DNA of 64,000 bases from sequence record MZ475893.1, one strand, 5' to 3'. Below the pieces are notes generated by a model. The model was not told the origin of the DNA. It made no database searches and saw only the letters and a list, made by a program, of their open reading frames with translations. The position numbers and the translations under genes are program-made. Shown here one piece after another: positions 54,399-63,490 of this stretch; the first letter of the stretch is position 1, and every line of letters begins with the position of its first letter.

Positions 54399-55493
54399 TT
54401 ACACTCCTTGGCGAATGCTGTATTTGTCAATGATAGGCGTGTAGGCCGCATTCGCACTTGAGCCATAGCCGCCTGTAACGATACTACCAGTAACATTCGG
54501 CTTAACAATCGCATACGTGAAGCTATCCACAACAGTGCCGTTGATGGAAATAGTATGGATGTTTGACAGTGCGTTATACACATACTTGATGTGGACGTTG
54601 CTGGTGGTTTTCATCGCGGCGTAAGGGGCAATAGGACGAACCACTTTAGCAGCAGCCGCACCGCCACCTGAGTTGTTCCACAGCAGGAAGCCTTTCTCAT
54701 TCGAGCGATCAAACGATAGCGTCAGCCTGTCAGTTAACGTGGTACCCATCTTGAGTAGCGTGAACTCAGAGTAGTCCGTAGTGCTTGACTGACGATAATC
54801 AAACTCAATGGTGAATGACTGACTCAGATCGATATTGGATGTGAGAGACATAACGCCTGTCGTGCCTAAATCGATACCAGCAGCGCCATCAACAGGAGCT
54901 TTAGCATTACCACTAACAGTCGCCGTTGCGCCAAGATAGTCAGCAAAGCTGGTGGCGCCAGGCGTCCACAATGAACTGTCAAGCGCTACAACTTCTGAAC
55001 CACCAAGCCATGTCGCTGTCGTGTTCTCTACCCACATGTTGGTCAGTGGAATAGTGAAGCTGTTGATCGTAATCTGCGTCTTATATCCCGCTGCATCGTA
55101 CTTGATGTTCAGGTCAGGATAAAGCAGAGTAACGTCCGTACCTACAGTCAGACACACAGGCAAGATGCCACCCAGAATAAGATGAGTGGGCACGCCTTCT
55201 GCAACTGCGGTCAGCAGACAATCAGATACCGAAATCTTCTGACGGTCGATAGTGCGAACGCAGTTGGTGCCTTTAGCCAGCACAGTACAGATACCGCTAG
55301 ACGCTGCTAGTGATGCATCGAACGAGTAACCTGCACCAGTCTGTGTCTGATAGTTAAGGCACTTATTAATGTCTGTCTCAGTGAATCCGTTGTTGAGACG
55401 AACGAGATAACAGGACTTATCGTCGGCGGTAGCCTGAGCAAACAGACGAGTAAGCTGAGGTACGGCAGATGCTGCAAATAAACTGTATTTCAT
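54399..55493 (-). CDS. fibre-like protein with C-terminal LamG/ConA-like lectin domain
   Basis: FTIEFDY...HIKYVY...ISINGTVV...IDKYSI; start at ATG 55493 with GAGG RBS. Confidence 0.6.
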   Translation of the reverse strand: MKYSLFAASAVPQLTRLFAQATADDKSCYLVRLNNGFTETDINKCLNYQTQTGAGYSFDASLAASSGICTVLAKGTNCVRTIDRQKISVSDCLLTAVAEGVPTHLILGGILPVCLTVGTDVTLLYPDLNIKYDAAGYKTQITINSFTIPLTNMWVENTTATWLGGSEVVALDSSLWTPGATSFADYLGATATVSGNAKAPVDGAAGIDLGTTGVMSLTSNIDLSQSFTIEFDYRQSSTTDYSEFTLLKMGTTLTDRLTLSFDRSNEKGFLLWNNSGGGAAAAKVVRPIAPYAAMKTTSNVHIKYVYNALSNIHTISINGTVVDSFTYAIVKPNVTGSIVTGGYGSSANAAYTPIIDKYSIRQGV

Positions 55494-55494
55494 G

Positions 55495-56451
55495 TTATAC
55501 CTCAGTAGACAGGCGCATCTGAGCGATAGTAGCGAACTCACCCGGGCCCAATGCGGTAGCCTGTACTTCGATTGGCTTACCACTACCGATAGCTCCGACT
55601 TCGCAAGCGAAATAAGTTGGGATGTAGTTGCCATTTGCCAAAGCACCATAGTTGGTATCTTGAATCACGACGATAGCGCTTTGCACAGTCTTGTAACTCG
55701 CATTCACACCAACATCAGATGCAGTCACAGGAATAGCGCGGCGGTTAGCTACAGAGTGGACAAGTCTAAAGCGATTGCTTGCAGCAGGCACGGTGGCCAG
55801 CATGTTACCTTCCTGGTTGGCTGCAATAGACCACGCAACAGCAGTTCCAATAGAACCATCACTGTTGATAGGAGCAATCGTGCCGCTCGTAATCAGCGAC
55901 TGATCGTTAACGTCAGACAGCATGGCATTAATCGTTACCACGTTGTCATACGTCAGGTCAGTAGTTGATAAGTGAATCCCAGGCTGCGCTGCATCGTGAG
56001 GGATACCCGCATAGTCCCAAGGACGATAGCCCGCTTGACCAATACCCCACAGTGCTTTGTTGCCTGCATCGATCGAGGTAGTGTACGCAGTTTGAATCGC
56101 AACGTTTGCAGCAGCCGAGTAGCCTACAGGAAATGCCTTAGAAGGATAGTGAATCGTTGCCCCGTTCTTTGGTTCGTACACAGAACCCGAACGCGCTTTC
56201 CATCCCTCAGACAAATCAAGCAGTGGCAGCAGGCCTTCTGTTGTTGGACGCAATACTACCTTCGTTGCAGCAACTGCGTTGTTGAACAGGTTGCGCATGT
56301 CAGTCAAATGCTGGCGGAAGTTGCCTTGATCTGCAATGGTGTTCTCAAAGAAGAACACGTTGGCGATAATACCATTGGACGCTGTATTCGCCCAGCCGGA
56401 GCCTTGCTGTAGCACAGACAGCGGCAGAATGTTATGTCCTAAGATACGCAT
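55495..56451 (-). CDS. virion fibre-like paralogue, long class
   Basis: VFFFENT, DLTYD...SNRFRLV, CEVGAIGSG. Confidence 0.6.
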   Translation of the reverse strand: MRILGHNILPLSVLQQGSGWANTASNGIIANVFFFENTIADQGNFRQHLTDMRNLFNNAVAATKVVLRPTTEGLLPLLDLSEGWKARSGSVYEPKNGATIHYPSKAFPVGYSAAANVAIQTAYTTSIDAGNKALWGIGQAGYRPWDYAGIPHDAAQPGIHLSTTDLTYDNVVTINAMLSDVNDQSLITSGTIAPINSDGSIGTAVAWSIAANQEGNMLATVPAASNRFRLVHSVANRRAIPVTASDVGVNASYKTVQSAIVVIQDTNYGALANGNYIPTYFACEVGAIGSGKPIEVQATALGPGEFATIAQMRLSTEV

Positions 56452-56460
56452 CAGAACCTC

Positions 56461-57108
56461 TTAATCATATAAAAATACACCAGCACGCAGACGCACTCTA
56501 TCAATAACTCCAAACGGTCCAGCGACATTTCCATATCTGCCTATAGCCCAAGGCGTATCGCTTACTTTCGGCATAGCCTGTACGACTTGAGCAACTTGTT
56601 GGCCATTGACAAAGATCGTGTGGGTCTTAGCTGTTGCGTCATAGACATACTTGAAAGGGACCATGCTCAAAGTCAACAGGCCGCCAAGAACACCAGACTG
56701 AGCAATTTGCTTTTCTGCCCATGAGCCGCCCGTGCTATACCAAACGCCTATGCGAATGTTAGAGCCATTCCATTGGTTCTGCATCAACAGCTCCACCTTG
56801 TCTGGGTTAGACTTTAGGTAGGACATGAATATGAACTGTGCTAACACATTCGTATCAGTCTGTGCATAGAGCAAATCAAGCGTATATGAGGCAGTCGTAT
56901 CAAACAGCAGATTACCTGCGGTCTTCACGTTACCACCACAGACAATACCTACATCAGACAGAGACAATGAAGAAGCAGCAAACTGATTGCCTACATAATC
57001 AGTGAACCCGTCTGCGGAGAAGTTGTCACGGTCAAAGGCCACCAGCTCATCGCCTGTGAACCAAGGAGGCACGTCCGCTATTTCGTATGAAACGACAGGA
57101 ATATGCAT
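56461..57108 (-). CDS. LamG/ConA-like lectin domain protein
   Basis: YTLDL...KYVYD...IFVNGQQV...WAIGRY...GVIDRVRL. Confidence 0.65.
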   Translation of the reverse strand: MHIPVVSYEIADVPPWFTGDELVAFDRDNFSADGFTDYVGNQFAASSLSLSDVGIVCGGNVKTAGNLLFDTTASYTLDLLYAQTDTNVLAQFIFMSYLKSNPDKVELLMQNQWNGSNIRIGVWYSTGGSWAEKQIAQSGVLGGLLTLSMVPFKYVYDATAKTHTIFVNGQQVAQVVQAMPKVSDTPWAIGRYGNVAGPFGVIDRVRLRAGVFLYD

Positions 57109-57109
57109 G

Positions 57110-57607
57110 TTAGAACTCCTTAGAGTCTCTGCATACAGTCGCTAAGAACTTACCGTTACGCAAGTTGTCTGAACTAAGAATCAGGTCAGCACCCGAACCC
57201 GCAGCACCGATAGTCAAGATCAAGAAGCCACCGTAAGGCGTGCTTGCAATGCTCTTGTTGAACACAATCACGTTGTACTGAGCAAGCAACTCGGTGATTG
57301 TTCCAGCAAACGTTCCCTGAAGTGTGGCAGCAAGTTTGAATTTATATTTATTGCCTGAACCGTGAATCCAGCGAACAGGATTGTTAGTCACAGACGTTAG
57401 GTCAAGCACAGCAGTTGCGCCAATCGCAGCCTGAACGGTAGTACCATCAGCAACTACGATGTTCGCAGGGTCAGGCACTTTCGCAAAGCAGATTGTTTTC
57501 TGCATGTTTGAAAGGCCATACTTCAACGGCGGATCAGCAGCAGGACGTTTGCCTGCGTCTGGGATAACGATGCCGTTAGCGACCAGCGGGAAAGAAATGA
57601 TTTCCAT
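57110..57607 (-). CDS. virion fibre-like paralogue, short class
   Basis: LTIGAAGSGADLILSS. Confidence 0.6.
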   Translation of the reverse strand: MEIISFPLVANGIVIPDAGKRPAADPPLKYGLSNMQKTICFAKVPDPANIVVADGTTVQAAIGATAVLDLTSVTNNPVRWIHGSGNKYKFKLAATLQGTFAGTITELLAQYNVIVFNKSIASTPYGGFLILTIGAAGSGADLILSSDNLRNGKFLATVCRDSKEF

Positions 57608-57633
57608 TATAGTTCTCCAGTTGTTTCGCGTTT

Positions 57634-57639
57634 AAATTA
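57634..57639 (-). promoter_or_regulatory. TAATTT motif
   Basis: Intergenic, 26 nt before ATG 57607. Confidence 0.5.
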
Positions 57640-57671
57640 CTGACTGCATGTGGTAAGTGCGGAACACTATG

Positions 57672-58727
57672 CTACAGCGAAACGGTTTTTGTTAGCGCAA
57701 CGTCTGTGATAGTTGCTACGGATATCTGAGGGATATCGCCAGGCAGCGTAGATGTAGCGTGAGTGAAGTCCGTACCTTCGCGCAGCACTTGCACCATACA
57801 CGGATGCTGTGGGTCAAACGCTATTGGAAGCATAGCCCACGTCAGTTTGGTTGCTGGCGTATCAGCACGCGTAACAAGAGGCACAGAATACAGACGATCT
57901 GTTTCAACAAAGTTCGTGGTGTTATTCAGCGCACCCTTTGAGTATGATGTGCTGTACGACCAACCACCTCCTGAGAAATAGCGCGTACCGTACACGTTAG
58001 TTCTCCACGAATACAGAACGCGCAGGCTTCTAGCAGGCGCAGAACTCAACGTAGTCTGAGCATTGGCTATGAGCGCACTCTGACCTACAATACCAGACCG
58101 CACCATTACGTTCGTTGCGTCAGAGTAGGTATAGGTATCCATATAGACGTTAGTGATAGAGCTGGAATCACTAGAAGACCAGTTACCTATTGTGCCTATG
58201 TTACCACTGTTAGAGTCAGACATGGGTACAGTCACACCTGTCTGCACTGCACACTTAGGGCTTAGGTTAGCTTCTGTGATTGTACTGTCAAATACAGGCA
58301 ACAACATAGAAGCAGATGAAGGAATGCGCTTACCATCAATGTTCGTATTGTCCAGTAAGCTGCCTTGCATTGTAACAACAGAACCTTCTGCAAACAAAGT
58401 ACCGACGCTGTAGTAACGTCTGAATACTTCTTGAGGAGTCCAGACAACGGATTCGGCAGCTGTAGGCAACGTTGACCCGTACGTAGGGTTATCTATCATT
58501 GTGTGATAGTATCGCATACTACGATAGCCTGCCATGCGCGTACATTGAAAGGTATCGTTTGCTACATACTGAGAAAACGAACGCGCCAAGTTAATCGTGT
58601 TCATTGCAGAGGCTGCGGTAGACTGCGCTGTTGGAGGAACTGTGTCATCCGTGAACAGAAATACCCTTCTTCTAGCTAGTGCTAGTTTCTTCTCCAACAG
58701 CTTGGCCCCACTTGAGGCAAATAACAT
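57672..58727 (-). CDS. virion fibre-like protein, M(L/I)FxS family
   Basis: MLFASSG...RVFLFTDD. Confidence 0.65.
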   Translation of the reverse strand: MLFASSGAKLLEKKLALARRRVFLFTDDTVPPTAQSTAASAMNTINLARSFSQYVANDTFQCTRMAGYRSMRYYHTMIDNPTYGSTLPTAAESVVWTPQEVFRRYYSVGTLFAEGSVVTMQGSLLDNTNIDGKRIPSSASMLLPVFDSTITEANLSPKCAVQTGVTVPMSDSNSGNIGTIGNWSSSDSSSITNVYMDTYTYSDATNVMVRSGIVGQSALIANAQTTLSSAPARSLRVLYSWRTNVYGTRYFSGGGWSYSTSYSKGALNNTTNFVETDRLYSVPLVTRADTPATKLTWAMLPIAFDPQHPCMVQVLREGTDFTHATSTLPGDIPQISVATITDVALTKTVSL

Positions 58728-58736
58728 AAACTCTCC

Positions 58737-59771
58737 TTAGACAGAGATAACCGATGCAACGCCAGGGACAGCGAGCGTTTGGAGAAATGATACATCGGGC
58801 TCAACGTTTGTCTGTTGCTGTACGTTGTTTTTGAAGTCAGTACCTTTGCGGAAGATCTCACAGCTAATCTTCTCGCCGTTCCATATAGGACAGCCCAGCC
58901 ATTCAATGTCGAATGCAGGAGTGTCAGCAGGCGCAGTTGACGCAAAGCCGATCTTAACAACAGGCTTATGTTGAAGCGGAACGTCTACGTTACCTGGTCT
59001 GGAGTACGTCCAGGTATTCACGTTATTGCCTACAAGCGTGTTATAGATATAGTTCTGCACACCGTACACAGAGGCCATACCCGCAACAGGAGCGGAACCA
59101 AACAGTCGTATGATATTACCTATCGAGGAAGAACCAAAGCTGATGTTGCCTTGAGCATATGAGTTATCCTCAGTTCCGTACGAGGCTCTTGATGCAAAGT
59201 ACGTGTAGCTCCAACTGTTGTTACTACCACTGCCAGACGAGTTGTATGTGCCAGTCCTATCAGGGAAGTGACCACCTACTCCGTAAAGAGACGCGTACTT
59301 CTTAGGAATCAGCACGGTCTTTATCGTGCCAACAACAGGCAGATGGCTAGGGTTATACGTGTCATAAGCAGAAGGTGCAGACAACGACACAGGACCTGCC
59401 AGTGGGTTAGCAAACGAATTGTCTGCATTTAGATAGCTCATCACACCGTGCTTGAGAGCGCGTTGTTGGGCAGTAAGCGTATCTGACATGCTGAATATCG
59501 GTGAGTTGTTCACAGTGCGCTCATAGGCATCATGATTCACCTCAGCAGGAAAGAAATACTGACTCGCAATGCCACTGCATGAACACCCGAGTAGTTTGTT
59601 GTCTGCTACACTATACCCGATAGAGCGAGCTTCTACCATATTCTTTACCCATGCCACAGGGTCAGTGAGTGCAGCTTCTGGTGTTATTGAACTGTCAAAC
59701 ATGAAGGCACGCTTACGCGCAACAGCCATAAGCGTCTTCTGGATGTTTCCACCTGACGATGCAAAAATCAT
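58737..59771 (-). CDS. virion fibre-like protein, M(L/I)FxS family
   Basis: MIFASSG...RAFMFDSS. Confidence 0.65.
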   Translation of the reverse strand: MIFASSGGNIQKTLMAVARKRAFMFDSSITPEAALTDPVAWVKNMVEARSIGYSVADNKLLGCSCSGIASQYFFPAEVNHDAYERTVNNSPIFSMSDTLTAQQRALKHGVMSYLNADNSFANPLAGPVSLSAPSAYDTYNPSHLPVVGTIKTVLIPKKYASLYGVGGHFPDRTGTYNSSGSGSNNSWSYTYFASRASYGTEDNSYAQGNISFGSSSIGNIIRLFGSAPVAGMASVYGVQNYIYNTLVGNNVNTWTYSRPGNVDVPLQHKPVVKIGFASTAPADTPAFDIEWLGCPIWNGEKISCEIFRKGTDFKNNVQQQTNVEPDVSFLQTLAVPGVASVISV

Positions 59772-59780
59772 ATTATTGCC

Positions 59781-60878
59781 TCATAGCGTAATAGAGGACG
59801 GGGCATTGCACCAGTCTTTAACTGCTTGAGCAACTACCAAGTCAGCTTGTTGGGCTACTGTCGTCCCTGTCTGCTTAATATCGGCGGAATCGTCCTGTGC
59901 AATATCGAACATAGCGAGCCTGTACCCACCAACAGTCTCGTAAGCAATGGCACCAACAGTCAGCACACACGCACCATCATCAGCCATGCCTGTTACAATG
60001 ACAGAAGGAACATCGGGAATAGTCATTGCATTCTGATCTGCGTTCGGCGTTAGTCCTTCATTGAATGAGTTGTTAGTGGTGCCTCCACCTATAGGGTACG
60101 TGGTGAAGCGCCGCTCCTGCATAGTGATTACCATAGCGCCCGACACCGTGTTGAATGCCTGGGGATCGAATACATCTGCCCAATTGCCATTCCCGCCATA
60201 AGTCGTATCGTTCGGCAGCATAATATCAATATAGTTTTGCGCCTGATAAGTATTAGGTATAGGGTAGAACACAGCAGACGAATAGAACTGGTCATAGTAA
60301 TAGTTAACACCAGATTGACCTGAACTACGAAACGATATTGTCGCGTTATTGAGAAACTTAGGCTGGTACTGCGTCTTATTCTTCGTACTACGCATACTGG
60401 TGACGATGCGCTGCGGATAAAGATACAAGCGAGAGGCCAGCTTTGCTTTATCGTACTGCCCAACAAGAGTAGAGCCAAGAATGTTGCTCGTCTTATCTCC
60501 GATAGTACCCCTGGGTGCGAGATACTTCACGGTGCAATAGCGGTCAGCTTGTTGGTCTGGCGTGTTGCCGTCTGAGGAAACGTTATACATGCCATTCCAT
60601 GAAGCACTATTCGACGCGTTGTTCTGGTTGAATAGCTGAATGTTTGCGCTGTGTGCAGGGTAATAGCGATTGGACTTTACACCACTAAGCGCTGTTGATT
60701 TAAGAGCGTCTACGGTACCGCAAGTCATCGCACGACATTCAGGCACGGACTGTAATAGATACTGGCGTGCTTGTCTGATAGTGTCTTTACTGATTGTGCT
60801 GTCAAACAGATATAAGGAGGACATTGCACGAGTTCGCACAGCTTTATCTCGTACTCCTCCGACGGAAGCGAATAGCAT
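59781..60878 (-). CDS. virion fibre-like protein, M(L/I)FxS family
   Basis: MLFASVG...SLYLFDST. Confidence 0.65.
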   Translation of the reverse strand: MLFASVGGVRDKAVRTRAMSSLYLFDSTISKDTIRQARQYLLQSVPECRAMTCGTVDALKSTALSGVKSNRYYPAHSANIQLFNQNNASNSASWNGMYNVSSDGNTPDQQADRYCTVKYLAPRGTIGDKTSNILGSTLVGQYDKAKLASRLYLYPQRIVTSMRSTKNKTQYQPKFLNNATISFRSSGQSGVNYYYDQFYSSAVFYPIPNTYQAQNYIDIMLPNDTTYGGNGNWADVFDPQAFNTVSGAMVITMQERRFTTYPIGGGTTNNSFNEGLTPNADQNAMTIPDVPSVIVTGMADDGACVLTVGAIAYETVGGYRLAMFDIAQDDSADIKQTGTTVAQQADLVVAQAVKDWCNAPSSITL

Positions 60879-60885
60879 AGCTACC

Positions 60886-61941
60886 TCATAGTGTGTAGGA
60901 CTTCGTTGTTACTAAGGCAGCTAACACAGCACTTGAACAAGTGAAGGCAGGCTGAGTGCCGACCGAAGTACCTGTCGTCAGTGTTAGGTCTGAGCCAATG
61001 TCCATTACCATAAGCTCGCTGGACTGTTCAGTGGCTACAGCGATAGCGCCAAAGCTCAGTGCTGCATCCGGGTCATCGGCCTGAGTAACATCAATGTATG
61101 GCAGTTCGACACATACCTCATTGGGTGTACCGTTTCGCCAGTTCTGACCACTACCGTAGCTCGTATACCACGTGGCGTTAGCAAACCATGTACGCGTGTA
61201 GTTATATTGTGGGTTTATCATGTACAGACCGCCATACTCCGTACGCAGCGCACCTAACGCAGTAGGCGTACTGTTTTCATAGTAACCAGCACCAACAGGG
61301 AAAGATACACCAGGCATCGTCCAGAATCGAGAAACACCAGAACCCAGAGAGATGAATCCAGGAGTTATGCTCTGCGTATAATCAAAGTAGTCCGTGCTCG
61401 TACCGGTACGTCCTCCCATCGTGCTCTTTGGCCGGAGTTTAACGGACTTGCCGCCAAACAAAGAAAGCCGGGATGTAGGCAGCAGATACGTACGGCTCAT
61501 GCTATCGAATGAAGTAACACCACCGTAACCAGATTGCGTACCGAGCATGTTGCCTGTAGCGACATCAAAAGCAGCTTTAGTTGCAGGCGAGGCTACCGTA
61601 ACAAAACGCGCAGCATAGTTCTCAACAGTCTGACCGTCGCTTATGCCATTAGTCAGACGGAAGAACCAACCGTTGTTACTGGACACAGGACTGAACTGAC
61701 CGATACGTCCTGTATGCGACAAATAAAACTTATTGTTCTTTATACCGCCTATAGCAGTAGCATCCAGAGTATTACCTGTCATTGTGTGCGTGCAGCTACG
61801 CGCTTCATGGCACACATTCAGCAAACCTACAGGAGTGCGAACATTCTGTTTGTCTACGGACGTGTCAAACAAAAATAGGTGCTGCATAGCGGACTTGCGA
61901 ATGTTTTCCTGTATAACAGCTCCAGCAGAAACGAATAGCAT
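60886..61941 (-). CDS. virion fibre-like protein, M(L/I)FxS family
   Basis: MLFVSAG...HLFLFDTS; start at ATG 61941 with GGAG RBS. Confidence 0.65.
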   Translation of the reverse strand: MLFVSAGAVIQENIRKSAMQHLFLFDTSVDKQNVRTPVGLLNVCHEARSCTHTMTGNTLDATAIGGIKNNKFYLSHTGRIGQFSPVSSNNGWFFRLTNGISDGQTVENYAARFVTVASPATKAAFDVATGNMLGTQSGYGGVTSFDSMSRTYLLPTSRLSLFGGKSVKLRPKSTMGGRTGTSTDYFDYTQSITPGFISLGSGVSRFWTMPGVSFPVGAGYYENSTPTALGALRTEYGGLYMINPQYNYTRTWFANATWYTSYGSGQNWRNGTPNEVCVELPYIDVTQADDPDAALSFGAIAVATEQSSELMVMDIGSDLTLTTGTSVGTQPAFTCSSAVLAALVTTKSYTL

Positions 61942-61951
61942 ACAAGCTCCT

Positions 61952-61992
61952 AAAACGAAAGAGGGCAGACACCTTTCGATGCCCACCCTTTA
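61952..61992 (-). terminator. intrinsic terminator
   Basis: Minus strand AAAGGGTGGGCATC-GAAA-GGTGTCTGCCCT-CTTTCGTTTT. Confidence 0.7.
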
Positions 61993-61994
61993 GA

Positions 61995-62576
61995 TCACAC
62001 GAGCAGGCGTCCTGCGATAGTGATCGCCACACCGTTAAGCGTAGTATCAGCAGTATCAGGCGCAACGATGCGAAGCTGATCACCAGATACGAGAATGATT
62101 TCCTGATCTTGGTAAGCAGCAAGCGGAGCAAATACGCCAGATTTTGAACCAGCACCGAATGAGACGGTACCAAGCTGGATAACAGCCGCAGTTGCAGAGT
62201 CATACGCGCTGATCTTAAAAGCAGAAGCAGCGGTAGCAGCAACGTCGGCAGTAGCCAGAGAACCTGCAAAGTTTTTAGTGATAGCTGTTGTGCGCACAGA
62301 GAGGAAACGAGAAATCTCCTGGCCACCAGCGTAACGCTTGAGCACGTTCATGCCCAAGTCGTATGGGTTGTATGATTGTAGTTGATTAACCCACTTTGCT
62401 CGCACTTGGCTATACACGTATAAGCCAGGCTGGTTAGCACCAGACACAGCAGTCAGGTTCCACACGCGGCCGTTAGTCGGGCTAGCAGGGAAAGTTGGGC
62501 CAGAAGAATTGGGATCACCTGGGGCACGAACAATCTGAGAGTTCACACCTGCAAGCTGTAGACCGTAAGATAACAT
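61995..62576 (-). CDS. tail/fibre-associated protein
   Basis: 193 aa, A/S/T-rich; C-terminal LVSGDQLRI...LNGVAITI beta domain. Confidence 0.6.
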   Translation of the reverse strand: MLSYGLQLAGVNSQIVRAPGDPNSSGPTFPASPTNGRVWNLTAVSGANQPGLYVYSQVRAKWVNQLQSYNPYDLGMNVLKRYAGGQEISRFLSVRTTAITKNFAGSLATADVAATAASAFKISAYDSATAAVIQLGTVSFGAGSKSGVFAPLAAYQDQEIILVSGDQLRIVAPDTADTTLNGVAITIAGRLLV

Positions 62577-62587
62577 CAGTATTCTCC

Positions 62588-62809
62588 TTAGGCGATTCGC
62601 ACTTCACCAGTCACCGCGTACGGGAAGGTAATCTTAACAGTGTCCGAGTCAACGATGACTACATCCAGCGGCAGCACTTGATGTAACTTACCATCAGGTT
62701 GCATAGTGCAAGTAGTCACGGCGACAGGACGCCCGAAGTTGTGCAGAATCGTCCATTCAGAAGCAGGCGTGTCTTGCTTGAAGCTACGCCCCATCGAATA
62801 GTTGAGCAT
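62588..62809 (-). CDS. small tail-associated protein with HNxG domain
   Basis: WTILHNFGRPVAV...P..V...D...V.ITF. Confidence 0.6.
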   Translation of the reverse strand: MLNYSMGRSFKQDTPASEWTILHNFGRPVAVTTCTMQPDGKLHQVLPLDVVIVDSDTVKITFPYAVTGEVRIA

Positions 62810-62830
62810 AAGAGCCTCGCGATTGTGGCG

Positions 62831-63427
62831 TTAGTACAGGATTACAGTGCCAGACTCAGGATTGTCGAAGGTAATCGTCAACTGGCTGGTGCTGTCATGC
62901 ACGATAGACTTAGGCTGTACTTCGTTCGCACCTTGATAGATACGCACCGCAGGGTTATAACCGAGATTATGCACAACAACCCACGTAGCCAGATTCTCAT
63001 AAGATGCAGTGAATGCAACGGTAGGAGTAGGCAGACCTGACTCAACGCCAGACAACAGTACAGCAGTACCAGCCACGGCAGAAGGGAAGAGGACAACGAT
63101 GTTGTTAGCATCATCAGCGTGAATTGAAGATGGCTGCACCACGTCACCATTCTCATCGTAGCACTGTACGATAGGCGTAGCGGTATTCATCTTGTGGTTA
63201 ATCTCCCAACGAGACGAGGCAGTAGGTTGCGAGTAGCGAACCATAGTCATCTGTTGAGTTAATGGAACCCAGACAGGAACATCTTCGATAGACACGCAGA
63301 ACATCAGACGCTTGTCCATGAAGATAGCCATACCAGGCTTAGGGTTAAGAGGCCAGTCAGTCGCTACGTCAAACGCGAAGTTAGCAAGTGAGCCAAACTC
63401 TAAATCAAGAGTCCCTAGGACTTTCAT
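62831..63427 (-). CDS. tail-associated protein with two HNxG-type domains
   Basis: WEINHKMN...PIVQCYD and WVVVHNLGYNPAVRIY. Confidence 0.6.
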   Translation of the reverse strand: MKVLGTLDLEFGSLANFAFDVATDWPLNPKPGMAIFMDKRLMFCVSIEDVPVWVPLTQQMTMVRYSQPTASSRWEINHKMNTATPIVQCYDENGDVVQPSSIHADDANNIVVLFPSAVAGTAVLLSGVESGLPTPTVAFTASYENLATWVVVHNLGYNPAVRIYQGANEVQPKSIVHDSTSQLTITFDNPESGTVILY

Positions 63428-63447
63428 AAATCTTTCTCCTGAGAGGT

Positions 63448-63477
63448 AAAAGGGGCAGGCAGAAGCCCACCCCTTTT
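63448..63477 (-). terminator. intrinsic terminator
   Basis: Minus strand AAAAGGGGTGGGC-TTCT-GCCTGCCCCTTTT. Confidence 0.8.
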
Positions 63478-63490
63478 GTTTGTGTCGTTA

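Noticed and set aside
47666-61941. Diversity-generating retroelement or invertase-driven fibre switching
   Set aside because: Paralogy is at the protein level only; no near-identical template/variable repeats, reverse transcriptase, recombinase or inverted crossover sites seen in the window.
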